Positions 1-8,633 of a DNA stretch of 55,857 nt are shown one piece after another (positions within the stretch are counted from its first letter, which is position 1; the number at the start of each line of letters is the position of its first letter). Where the stretch lies: positions 1 to 55,857 of IMG/VR virus record IMGVR_UViG_3300049491_001100. One strand, written 5' to 3'. The notes under the pieces are model-generated. The model did not search any database. It was not told where the DNA came from and saw nothing but the letters and a program-made list of their open reading frames with translations. Origin of the DNA: a virus (Duplodnaviria > Caudoviricetes). Made by a program: the position numbers and the translations under genes.

Positions 1-1
1 C

Positions 2-184
2 TACGAGTTCACCGTCCTTCTGTTTATGATCCTCTTCTGCTACTTGGAGATGGCGAAGCTCTCCACGCCCAAGGTGTCGGCGCTGCCGGGTTGGTACTTG
101 GCAGGGTTCTTCGTCTTGGCCGGCGCCTCGATCGCAAGCCTCGTCGGCCTCATCTACACCCTCGCACCACACGGAGTCTACTAA
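2..184 (+). CDS. partial (5'-truncated) small membrane protein
   Basis: Frame 2 is open from the window edge to TAA 182-184 (YEFTVLLFMILFCYL...GLIYTLAPHGVY*); two hydrophobic stretches; TAATG overlap with the next ATG. Confidence 0.6.
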   Translation, partial: YEFTVLLFMILFCYLEMAKLSTPKVSALPGWYLAGFFVLAGASIASLVGLIYTLAPHGVY

Positions 185-708
185 TGTTCAACGTACTGCC
201 TTTCGTTCTCATGCTGTCGCTCGTCGGCGGGACCGTCGGTCTCGTCTACCTCGTTGCCTCCATCTACTTCCGCTTCAAGGCGGCGCATTGGGAGGCCGCC
301 ATGGAAGCCATGTCCAGCGCCCCGCCCACCGAGGAAGAGGAGGCGATCGGAGACGAGTGGAATGGCGATGGCTTCCCCCCTCCCCAACGAGAAGCTGGTC
401 AAGGTTCTCAAGGGCGAGCTGGCAGTCGGCATCGACGTCAGCGAAGACGAGGTCCGCAAGCTGAAGAAGGAGTACGACGATCGCGTCGCCGTACACGATC
501 GCTTCCTGAAAGAGGCCGGCAAGCCGAGAGCGGTGAAGAACCCGGAAGCGAAGCCGATGCCCAAGGCCAGGGACATGGTCGGCATCACCTACCAGCAGGC
601 GTACGAGAACGATCGTCACGACAAGGAAGTCCTCAACATCGAAGAGAGCGAGGACGTCACCTGTATCATCTGCGGTGCTTCCGCCGAGCACTTTCACAGT
701 GGCGGTGA
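184..708 (+). CDS. membrane-anchored hypothetical protein; only ~184-380 looks coding, possibly frameshifted into the next ORF
   Basis: ATG overlaps the upstream stop; N-terminal TM helix and acidic linker; sequence becomes Arg/Gly-rich shadow-like after the C6 run at 375-380. Confidence 0.4.
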   Translation: MFNVLPFVLMLSLVGGTVGLVYLVASIYFRFKAAHWEAAMEAMSSAPPTEEEEAIGDEWNGDGFPPPQREAGQGSQGRAGSRHRRQRRRGPQAEEGVRRSRRRTRSLPERGRQAESGEEPGSEADAQGQGHGRHHLPAGVRERSSRQGSPQHRRERGRHLYHLRCFRRALSQWR

Positions 709-1129
709 GGTTGCAGCCTATGTCAATGACCAGGTTCGCATCTCCTTCGCCCGCGCCATCGAGACCATGGACATCACGCTGCTGGACAAGATCGACATCG
801 ACAAGCTCTACGTCCGGTGCAATGCCGTCGTCCACAACCACGCCGACATCAAGGCTCTGCTCAAGCTCGACCAGGTCTACTTCAAGGCCCTCCAGATCCT
901 CAGGGAAGAGGAAGAGGATGAGGCCTTCTACCAGCAGACGCTGGCTGAGGCAGCCAGGGGCCCGCAGCAGGTAGCGACTCCATCGGACCAGGACGTGCTC
1001 GATCTCGCTCCCGATGATCTTCTCAGGATCTTCGACCTCGAAGAGGGTGACGTCGAGTTCAAGGAGCCCAAGGCCAAGAAGCCGCGCAAAAAGGCCAAGA
1101 AGGTGGCGAAGAAGCCGCGTCGCCGCTAG
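362..1129 (+). CDS. hypothetical protein (CxxC...H, acidic then Lys-rich tail)
   Basis: Protein-like composition from M-A-M-A-S-P-L-P-N-E-K; GGAG about 9 nt upstream; start uncertain. Confidence 0.7.
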   Translation: MAMASPLPNEKLVKVLKGELAVGIDVSEDEVRKLKKEYDDRVAVHDRFLKEAGKPRAVKNPEAKPMPKARDMVGITYQQAYENDRHDKEVLNIEESEDVTCIICGASAEHFHSGGEVAAYVNDQVRISFARAIETMDITLLDKIDIDKLYVRCNAVVHNHADIKALLKLDQVYFKALQILREEEEDEAFYQQTLAEAARGPQQVATPSDQDVLDLAPDDLLRIFDLEEGDVEFKEPKAKKPRKKAKKVAKKPRRR

Positions 1130-1130
1130 C

Positions 1131-1382
1131 ATGCCCCTGTACTATTTCAAGTGCGCCAGTGCCTGCGGCCGTGAGGTTAGGTTGATCCTGACCCCGGCCC
1201 AGGCAGGCGCAGAAAACATCTGCCCTGACTGCAAGAACGTCCTCAAGCGGGCGCCAAAGCCCCCCACGGCCAACGTCGTCGAAACTCTTGACAATGGCCA
1301 TATGCCACGTCGCGTCGAGCGCCCCGCCGACGTCGAGCGACTGATCGCCGATCGAACGCGCAAAGCGTCGACGGAGAGCTGA
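1131..1382 (+). CDS. FmdB-family zinc-ribbon protein
   Basis: MPLYYFKC..CG...CPDC pattern typical of FmdB Zn ribbons. Confidence 0.75.
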   Translation: MPLYYFKCASACGREVRLILTPAQAGAENICPDCKNVLKRAPKPPTANVVETLDNGHMPRRVERPADVERLIADRTRKASTES

Positions 1383-1393
1383 TATTCGCTATA
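1383..1393 (+). promoter_or_regulatory. phage motif ATTCGCTATA
   Basis: 9 nt before ATG 1402, no SD. Confidence 0.8.
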
Positions 1394-1401
1394 GGTAGGG
1401 C

Positions 1402-3375
1402 ATGGGTCGAGTAGCCCTCCGCAAGATCGTCCTCAGCAACTTCAGGTCCTTCAAGGGCTTGCACGTTGTCGATCTACCCGTTGAGGGTCTGGTCATCATC
1501 AAGGGCCAGAATAAGGACACGAGAGGCGACTCAGGCGCCGGCAAGACCAACATCCTCCTGGCCATCGCCTACATCTTCGGTTACTGCCCGTACGCTGCCA
1601 CCGCCCTCCAGTGCTGGTACAGCGATGACCCGATGTACGTCGAAGCTACCCTAGAGACCGATGCTGGCACCGTTGTTGTTCGGCGCGGCGTCAAAGGTCT
1701 CGCCATCGGCAAGGTCAAGGGTAAGGCGGCCGAAGAGTTGCTGACGAAGACGTGTGGGGTGGACAGCTACCTGCGTCAAGCCCTCACTTACCGCGACCAA
1801 GTCAAGCCCATGCGCTTCTTGGACATGCGCGATGGCAAGATGAAGGAGTTCTTGATCGAGGTCTTGGGGCTCCAGGGCCTGGAAAAAGAGATCGACATCG
1901 CCCTCAACCGTCTCAACCAGAAGACGGTTGAGCTGGACCGAGCCAAGAAGGCCCTGGTAGATCGCCAGACGCTCCTGGAAGCCCTCCAGGCGCAGGCAGT
2001 CCCTTTCACACCCGAAGACACCACCGGCTTGGAAAGTGAGCTGGCGCAAGCCCAGAGCGAACTGGCGCAAATCAAGATGACACACCTGGCGGCTCGCTCC
2101 AGGGTGACCAAGGCCGAGGCCGACGAAGAGGCTGCCGCGACCGCTACCGAGCGCGCTGTCATGGCCAAGGGCGCAGCCCTTGCCGACAAGGTCCACGAAT
2201 GCGATGGGCACATCGCCACCTTCACCGAGGCCATGCAAAAGGCGAGAGCTGCCTACGACGCCGAGACCGAGGCCATGAGGAAGGAGGCCAGGAGCCTCCA
2301 CAACGAACTGGCGCGATCCTCTGGCTTGATGCTGGACATCGAGCGCATCCAGCGCGAAATCGAACACTTGCAGAAGAGTGTTTGCCCCACTTGCGATCGT
2401 ACCTGGGCTAACGCGGAGGCGGCTCTAGCGGATCATGAAGCCGTTCTGGTTCAAGCAGAAGCCAAGCTGGCAGCAACCAAGGCCCACCAACCCCGCGTCC
2501 ACGAGCTGGATGAAGCCATCGCCAGCCGCAGGTTCCAGCCAGACTCGCGCCTAGAAAAGCTGAAGCTCGTTCGCGTCAACCTAGCCCAACAATTAGCCGT
2601 CATCTCGGCAGAGGCCCACACGGCCAGGCGTGCCTTCTTGGGCGGCGATCGGGCGTCAAGCCAGCTCCGCAAACAAGAGTCGCTGGCAATGGAAGACCTG
2701 ATCAGCGCTCAGACGAAGACGACGGCACTGGAGGCCCAGCTCGGGTTTGCGAGACAGTCGAATCGTCAGGGCCAAGCAGCCTGGGATGCGCACCAGCTCA
2801 AGACAAAGGGTATGGCAAGGGGATTGGTGGAGCTGGCCCTGGCCGTTACGGCGGCAGAGTCGGGATATGGGGTCGAGGAAGACTACGTGAGCTTGCTCAA
2901 GGGATTCCGCAACAAAATCTTCGACGAGGTCTTGGCCGCGATCGGTGCTGAAGCCACCAACATCATCGCAACCCTGCCCAACGCCCAACACATCGCCATC
3001 GAGTTCCGTAGTGAACACGTGACGCAGAAGGATACCGTTCAGGAAAAGATCTCGGCCGTCACCACGGTCCACGGTCACGAGCGTGTACTGGCGGAATCGG
3101 TCAGTGGCGGCCAGCTCACCAGCATCAACCTCGCCGTCGACCTCGCCGTGGCTCGCGTCATCAGCGCACGCCTGGGCTGTAACTTGAACTGGATCATCCT
3201 CGACGAGTCCTTCAACGGGCACGACAACATTACCAAGGGTTCGTGCTTGGAGATGTTGCAGAAGTACGCAGCCGACAAGCTGGTGATCGTCGTCGACCAC
3301 ACGTCCGAGTTCAAGGAGATGTTCACCCAGACCATCGTGGTCAACTACCACGAGAAAGAGTCGAGCCTAGCATGA
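1402..3375 (+). CDS. SbcC/Rad50/T4 gp46-like SMC recombination ATPase
   Basis: NFRSF N-terminus, Walker A GDSGAGKT, coiled coil with CPTC zinc hook, signature SGGQ, Walker B ILDES, H-loop VDH. Confidence 0.92.
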   Translation: MGRVALRKIVLSNFRSFKGLHVVDLPVEGLVIIKGQNKDTRGDSGAGKTNILLAIAYIFGYCPYAATALQCWYSDDPMYVEATLETDAGTVVVRRGVKGLAIGKVKGKAAEELLTKTCGVDSYLRQALTYRDQVKPMRFLDMRDGKMKEFLIEVLGLQGLEKEIDIALNRLNQKTVELDRAKKALVDRQTLLEALQAQAVPFTPEDTTGLESELAQAQSELAQIKMTHLAARSRVTKAEADEEAAATATERAVMAKGAALADKVHECDGHIATFTEAMQKARAAYDAETEAMRKEARSLHNELARSSGLMLDIERIQREIEHLQKSVCPTCDRTWANAEAALADHEAVLVQAEAKLAATKAHQPRVHELDEAIASRRFQPDSRLEKLKLVRVNLAQQLAVISAEAHTARRAFLGGDRASSQLRKQESLAMEDLISAQTKTTALEAQLGFARQSNRQGQAAWDAHQLKTKGMARGLVELALAVTAAESGYGVEEDYVSLLKGFRNKIFDEVLAAIGAEATNIIATLPNAQHIAIEFRSEHVTQKDTVQEKISAVTTVHGHERVLAESVSGGQLTSINLAVDLAVARVISARLGCNLNWIILDESFNGHDNITKGSCLEMLQKYAADKLVIVVDHTSEFKEMFTQTIVVNYHEKESSLA

Positions 3376-3611
3376 GCAAACCAGCCCGCTTTATCACCCA
3401 CCACGACATCCTCAAGATCCAGGGCTGGGCCAAGGAGAACTTGATCGCCATGCCCGGGGATGCCACCATGCTCAACCTGGGACGCCCCATGAACCAGGGT
3501 GAGCGCCTGGCTGTGGCCTATGTCGGCGCCGTGCTCTCGCTGCTCGGGGAAGATACCATCCACGTCAAGGTTCAAGAAGGGCGACCGCCAGACAGCGAGC
3601 CCCTCGAATGA
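3372..3611 (+). CDS. hypothetical protein
   Basis: ATGA overlaps at both ends; MSKPARFITH... Confidence 0.65.
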   Translation: MSKPARFITHHDILKIQGWAKENLIAMPGDATMLNLGRPMNQGERLAVAYVGAVLSLLGEDTIHVKVQEGRPPDSEPLE

Positions 3612-3979
3612 CCTCTCAGAGCCTACTGGAGAACTTCTACTCAAACGCTGGCGAGTTTTTTATCATCATCAGGTCGGACGGGATCATCGTGGTTGAGGAT
3701 CCGAGATCGATTGATCGGCCAGGTCCGCCAGAGGCTCTGTTGCGACTGTTCCCGCGTGCCCGCGATGCCGTAAGGTTCTTGAAAGAGACAGGAGACGATA
3801 CCGACACCCGTGTCATGAAGACGACGCTGGTGGGGTTGTGGACGATCCTCGGCAACATCGACAGCCTCAGCAGGAAGTGGTTCAACGCCCCCGTCAGGGT
3901 GGAAGTGGCAGCCTTCTCCGACGCTGGCGAAGTGATCACGGTTGACACGCTCAGAAGTTACTACTCCCTGCCCTGCTGA
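3608..3979 (+). CDS. hypothetical protein
   Basis: ATGA-coupled ORF whose stop overlaps the phage promoter motif. Confidence 0.7.
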   Translation: MTSQSLLENFYSNAGEFFIIIRSDGIIVVEDPRSIDRPGPPEALLRLFPRARDAVRFLKETGDDTDTRVMKTTLVGLWTILGNIDSLSRKWFNAPVRVEVAAFSDAGEVITVDTLRSYYSLPC

Positions 3980-3988
3980 TTCGCTATA
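3978..3988 (+). promoter_or_regulatory. phage motif GATTCGCTATA
   Basis: Fused to TGA; SD-led gene follows. Confidence 0.8.
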
Positions 3989-4017
3989 CAGGTAGTGAAC
4001 CCCAAGGAGACGACAAA

Positions 4018-4440
4018 ATGGGCAAGGGCAAGGGTCGAGTTCCAAAGAAGGAAAAGGACAAGTTCGACGGTCTCAGCCAGGAGTTCAGGGGCGCCATCGA
4101 CGGCTCCAGCACTGAGGAGATTCGCAAGCGAGTCTCCGAGGTCGCACTCCTGGATGCAACCGAGAAGCAGGTGCTCAAGAACGACCCCGACGTCGTTTCT
4201 GCCCGCGAGGTTCTGAAGAACCTGATGGAGCCCTACCGCGAGAACTTCAAGTCGTACAAGCTCCAGATCGAGTACTGCCGACAGGCGCTCGATGGCAGCG
4301 GCAAGGACACCACGACCACGGCGACCGCCAAGGCAATCGAAGGCATCCTCAACCCCGATGGCACGGGGCGCACCACGGTCTCTCACAAGCCGATCGGGTC
4401 CAAGGAGTCGACGGTCCTGCGGCAGGGAACCGACACGTAG
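4018..4440 (+). CDS. hypothetical helical protein
   Basis: AAGGAG RBS, preceded by the promoter motif. Confidence 0.75.
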   Translation: MGKGKGRVPKKEKDKFDGLSQEFRGAIDGSSTEEIRKRVSEVALLDATEKQVLKNDPDVVSAREVLKNLMEPYRENFKSYKLQIEYCRQALDGSGKDTTTTATAKAIEGILNPDGTGRTTVSHKPIGSKESTVLRQGTDT

Positions 4441-4447
4441 TTCACCC

Positions 4448-4503
4448 GACCACCCCGTCAAGCCCGTCGCCTCCTCTCCCCTTGACGGGGTGGTCACTTT
4501 CTT
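4448..4503 (+). terminator. 15-bp perfect inverted repeat, probable terminator/attenuator
   Basis: GACCACCCCGTCAAG (4448-4462) / CTTGACGGGGTGGTC (4481-4495), followed by ACTTTCTT. Confidence 0.55.
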
Positions 4504-4505
4504 CC

Positions 4506-5132
4506 ATGCGAATCCTAACGCTAGATCTCTCAACTCACGCCGGCTACGCCATCATGGACGGGGAGCCCGGTACGAAGCCGCAGCTAGTCTTCCACGGCAC
4601 CATCGACATCGACAAGAGCTTGCACGAGTTTGGGAAGTACCCAGACTGCTACCGCAAGGCCGCACGACACATGGCGGCCCTCATCCATTTTAACGTCACC
4701 AACATCGACAAATTTGAGGTGATCGTGATCGAGGAGATCAACCTCGGTCGCAATCGCTATACACAGAAGCTGCTGGAGAACATCCACACGGCAATGCTCG
4801 ATCAGATCGAGAGCTTCTGGCCGCACGCCAAGGTGGTCTACCTCGACTCAAGCGAGTGGCGCCACAATCTCGGTCTGAAGATGACGAAGGAGCAGAAGAA
4901 GCTCAACGCCAAGCTGTCCAAGGCGAAGAAGCTAGCCGCTCAGACCAACATCAAGCTCGACAAGAAGAAGCTCGGCATCAAGGGCAAGGTCAACGCCAAG
5001 CACCTGGCAGTGGCCCATGCCAACACAATTTTTGGCTTGCAGTTGAAGATGAAGCAGAACGATGCCGCAGATGCGATCTGCATCGGTCTCGCCTTCTTCA
5101 ACGGCGCAACGCCATGCGATGGAGTTCAGTGA
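4506..5132 (+). CDS. RuvC-like Holliday junction resolvase
   Basis: MRILTLDLSTHAGYA N-terminus, IVIEE, EWR, C-terminal NDAADAICIG (RuvC-fold acidic residues). Confidence 0.8.
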   Translation: MRILTLDLSTHAGYAIMDGEPGTKPQLVFHGTIDIDKSLHEFGKYPDCYRKAARHMAALIHFNVTNIDKFEVIVIEEINLGRNRYTQKLLENIHTAMLDQIESFWPHAKVVYLDSSEWRHNLGLKMTKEQKKLNAKLSKAKKLAAQTNIKLDKKKLGIKGKVNAKHLAVAHANTIFGLQLKMKQNDAADAICIGLAFFNGATPCDGVQ

Positions 5133-7009
5133 TGGGTAAGGAATGGAGCACCCTGGCCAAGGTGGTGTTCAAGAGGACGTATGCACGCAAGCTCTTCCAA
5201 GGCACTTCGCTGGAGCGCCTGGAGAGCTACGCCGAGACCGTGGATCGCGCCATCATGGGCAACGTCCGCAATCACAATGTCAGTGATGCCGAGATTGCGC
5301 GTCTCAAGTACTTCATGAACGAGCGCAAGGCAGGCCCCGCCGGTCGTGGCCTCTGGTTCAGTGGCACCGAGGCCCACTACAAGATCGGGGGCGTCGCTCT
5401 CAACAACTGCTGGTTCGTTACCAGCGCCGACTGGCTCTCGTTCGCCATCGCCTGCGATCTCCTCATGCTCGGTGGCGGTGTCGGCATCAGCGTCGAACAC
5501 AAGTACACGTCGAAGCTACCCAAGATCAAGAAGGGCGTCGTCATCGCTCACAAGGGAACCAAGGATGCGGACTTCATTGTCCCCGACAGCCGCGAGGGCT
5601 GGTGCGAGCTGCTACGCCGTGTCCTGGAGGCGTTCTTCGTCACCGGCAAGGGGTTCACGTACTCGACGGTGTGTGTTCGTGGCTATGGTGAAGCCATCGC
5701 CGGCTTCGGTGGGACTGCCAGCGGCCCCATCCCCCTCATCGAGCTGATCACCAACCTCTGCGGCATCATCATCGCCCGCGAGGGCAAGGCCGTGCGTCCG
5801 ATCGACGCCGCCGACGTCCTCTGTGCCATCGGCGACATGGTTGTCGCTGGCAACGTCCGCCGTTCGGCTATCATCATCATCGGCGATGCCTACGACAAGG
5901 AATACCTGAAGGCAAAGCGCTGGGACCTGGGCACGCTGCCGAAGTACCGCAGCTCTGCCAACTGGTCCATCAACGTCGAGGACATCGAAGACGTCCACCC
6001 GACCTTCTGGAAAACGTACGAGCACGGCGAGCCCTTCGGCATCGTCAACATGACCAACATCCGCAAGTACGGTCGCATGGGCGAGCTGCGAAAGGACACG
6101 GCAGAAGGCGTCAATCCCTGCGGCGAGGCCACGCTGGAGCCCTACGAGCCATGCAACCTACAAGACATCGACCTCCCCAACCTCGACGGTGAGGCAGAGT
6201 TCTTCGAGGCCTGCCGCCTCATGCAGCGCTGGGGCAAGCGAGTCACGTTGGAGCGCTACCACATCCCGCAGGTGGCTGAGGTCATCGAGCGCAACCGCCG
6301 CATCGGGACCAGCATCACCGGCTGCTTGCAGTCGCCCCTGTTCAACCCCCACACGCTCGACCGCGCCTATGCCGAGATCCGCAAGGCCGACACCGAGTAC
6401 TCGAAGGAGTTGGGCATCAATGAGTCCATCCGCAACACGACACTGAAGCCATCGGGTACGAAGTCAAAGATGGACGATGTCGATGGTGAGGGCATCCACG
6501 CCGGCTACAGCCGCTACGCCATCCAGCGCGTTCGCTTCGCCTCAAACGACAAGCTGCTCCCAATTCTCCGGGAAGCTGGCCACCACATGGAGCCGGTCAT
6601 CAACCTGGACGGAACCCTCAACCACGGCACCCAGGTCGTCGATTTCTACAAGAAGGCCCCCGAGAACCTGCCCTGCGCCGACGAGGGCTTCGACACCTGG
6701 AAGCAGCTCGATGCCCTCGTTGTAGCTCAGCGTCACTGGAGCGACCAAGCCGTCTCCGTGACCGTTTACTACAAGCGTGAGGAGATCCCGCAGATCAAGG
6801 CTTGGCTGGGCCAGAACCTGAAGTCGCTGAAGTCTATCTCCTTCCTCTGTCACTCGGAGCACGGCTTCAAGCAGGCCCCGAAAGAAGCTATCTCTCGGGA
6901 AGAGTTCGAGAAGTTGAGCGCGAAGATCAAGCCCATCGACGTCGATGGCATCGGTGAGGGCGATCTCGACAGCCTCGAATGCGCTGGCGGGGTCTGTCCT
7001 GTCAAGTAG
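5132..7009 (+). CDS. nrdJ: class II (adenosylcobalamin-dependent) ribonucleotide reductase
   Basis: PAGRGLW, NNCWF, GGGVG, DSREGW, VVAGNVRRSA, NPCGE..LE..EPCNL, KPSGT, C-terminal CAGGVCPVK; start coupled by TGATG. Confidence 0.92.
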   Translation: MGKEWSTLAKVVFKRTYARKLFQGTSLERLESYAETVDRAIMGNVRNHNVSDAEIARLKYFMNERKAGPAGRGLWFSGTEAHYKIGGVALNNCWFVTSADWLSFAIACDLLMLGGGVGISVEHKYTSKLPKIKKGVVIAHKGTKDADFIVPDSREGWCELLRRVLEAFFVTGKGFTYSTVCVRGYGEAIAGFGGTASGPIPLIELITNLCGIIIAREGKAVRPIDAADVLCAIGDMVVAGNVRRSAIIIIGDAYDKEYLKAKRWDLGTLPKYRSSANWSINVEDIEDVHPTFWKTYEHGEPFGIVNMTNIRKYGRMGELRKDTAEGVNPCGEATLEPYEPCNLQDIDLPNLDGEAEFFEACRLMQRWGKRVTLERYHIPQVAEVIERNRRIGTSITGCLQSPLFNPHTLDRAYAEIRKADTEYSKELGINESIRNTTLKPSGTKSKMDDVDGEGIHAGYSRYAIQRVRFASNDKLLPILREAGHHMEPVINLDGTLNHGTQVVDFYKKAPENLPCADEGFDTWKQLDALVVAQRHWSDQAVSVTVYYKREEIPQIKAWLGQNLKSLKSISFLCHSEHGFKQAPKEAISREEFEKLSAKIKPIDVDGIGEGDLDSLECAGGVCPVK

Positions 7010-7019
7010 ATTCGCTATA
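7009..7019 (+). promoter_or_regulatory. phage motif GATTCGCTATA
   Basis: Fused to TAG of nrdJ; 8 nt to ATG. Confidence 0.8.
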
Positions 7020-7026
7020 CAGTAGC

Positions 7027-7938
7027 ATGGCTGGTATGATGGACGAGTTTGCCGCCTCATTTGGTGGCGGGAACCAGGAAGACGAATCCGAAGAGGATGT
7101 CGTTGACCAGGTCGTTCAAGAACTTGACGACGACGAGATCGACGACGAACTTCGCGAGGCCGAAAAGCGCCTATCGAAGGCGGCCTACTACAAGCAGATC
7201 GCGCTGAACGGAGTCATTGAAGACGACGGCTCGCCAGAGGCGTCAGAGATCAATGCTGAGTCCAGGCTCTGGGCCAGACAGCGCATGCTGGTTTTGCTCA
7301 AGGGGGAGCCAGTCATTGCGGCGCCGGTCGTGGCTGAGTCCCAGTTCAACGACAAGGAAGTCTTTGCCCTGAAGAAGGTGGCAGAGAAGATCCTGCTGTC
7401 CATGGGTGAGAAGCCTGTAGACCCTGTCGTCAAGAAGGTTCAGACGACTCCGGTCAAGCCAACCGTACCCACGGTCAGGAAGATCCAGACAACGGTCAAG
7501 AAGCCAGGCGGCTCGACTCCACCCAAGAAGCCCCCGACGCAAGCTCCTCCGGCAGCAAGCGCAGCAGCAAAGCCGAAGAAGCCGTTGAAGCCGAAGAAGG
7601 ATGCCGACGGAGAAGTCGACTACGAAGCAATCCCGTCTGGCACCGTCTTCACCGACACCGACGGCCAGCTTTACCGCTTCCTCGACAACCCCAACTTCAA
7701 CCCAGAGAACCCCCGGTCGAAGCCGCGCACTAAGATGAAGGTGACGACTCAGGTGAAGACCCCGGGCTCGATCCCGATGCCATCACCGTCACAGATGTCG
7801 GGCATCACAGCGGCTCAGTCGATGGAAGCCGTCAACATCGGTACCTCAGCAAGTGCAAGTAGTCCGTTTGGAGCTGACAAGGATGCCAGCCCAAACCTTT
7901 TCATCGCCGCAGCAGCCGGCGCACTCATCAAGGAATAG
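7027..7938 (+). CDS. hypothetical protein, acidic N-terminus and Pro/Lys-rich linker
   Basis: ATG 8 nt after the promoter motif core; long ORF. Confidence 0.75.
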   Translation: MAGMMDEFAASFGGGNQEDESEEDVVDQVVQELDDDEIDDELREAEKRLSKAAYYKQIALNGVIEDDGSPEASEINAESRLWARQRMLVLLKGEPVIAAPVVAESQFNDKEVFALKKVAEKILLSMGEKPVDPVVKKVQTTPVKPTVPTVRKIQTTVKKPGGSTPPKKPPTQAPPAASAAAKPKKPLKPKKDADGEVDYEAIPSGTVFTDTDGQLYRFLDNPNFNPENPRSKPRTKMKVTTQVKTPGSIPMPSPSQMSGITAAQSMEAVNIGTSASASSPFGADKDASPNLFIAAAAGALIKE

Positions 7939-7950
7939 GAGAACAAGGAA

Positions 7951-8610
7951 ATGAGCAATGGAGTCGTGAAGCAGGGGCTGCGTCAGCAGCAGAAGGGGCT
8001 TTCAGAGCGCGTCAGCGGTCTGGAGCAGAGCGTCGCTCGGATGCTGTTCGGCATCAATCAGCGCTTTCAGGGGACCGACCAGCGCCTGAGCGCGCTGGAG
8101 GAGAACTCGGAAGCGCTCATCGAGCTGAACGGAGCCGAGGACATCTCCCGCATCGTTCAGGAGAAGCGTGTCGAGCGCGCTCGTGCTCAGGCAGAGCAGG
8201 AGAAGGCGAGCCTGGACGAGGGCGTCAAGGACGGCTACGTCAATGCGACCCAGGCCGTCGGCGAGAAGTCGATCATCGTCGTTCGTTACACGGACAAGGA
8301 CGGCAAGGTCATCGAGCCGGGTCGTGCCCAGCTCGTGATCCCGGGCGTTCAACCCAAGTTCAAGGACCAGCTCCTCGGTAAGGCCGTTGGCCTGAAGATG
8401 AAGCTCGACGACGGCGGTGAGTGCGAGCTGCTGGAGATCTACGACGTCGACGAGGACAAGGCTCGCGAGGTCATGGAGGCCAAGCAGAAGGCGGCGACCG
8501 AGGCTGCCATGGCTGCTGCTGCCGAAGCCGCGAAGGCGGATGAGAAGAAGGACGACGGCCAGCCGGCGGTGGAAACCGCTCCCGCTGAAGCGCCGCCGGC
8601 ACAGCAGTAA
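7951..8610 (+). CDS. coiled-coil protein with FKBP/GreA-C-terminal-like domain
   Basis: AGGAG/AAGGA RBS; heptad N-terminus; VGEKSIIVVRY...PKFKDQLLGKAVG...ELLEIY. Confidence 0.55.
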   Translation: MSNGVVKQGLRQQQKGLSERVSGLEQSVARMLFGINQRFQGTDQRLSALEENSEALIELNGAEDISRIVQEKRVERARAQAEQEKASLDEGVKDGYVNATQAVGEKSIIVVRYTDKDGKVIEPGRAQLVIPGVQPKFKDQLLGKAVGLKMKLDDGGECELLEIYDVDEDKAREVMEAKQKAATEAAMAAAAEAAKADEKKDDGQPAVETAPAEAPPAQQ

Positions 8611-8633
8611 AACCAAGACGGAGGGAGACCGCT

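Noticed and set aside
4856-5131. Long N-terminal extensions given by the ORF track (nrdJ from 4856; likewise 35196, 35978, 23850, 27954, 21513)
   Set aside because: They overlap upstream genes or promoters; better starts are supported by coupling, an RBS or the motif
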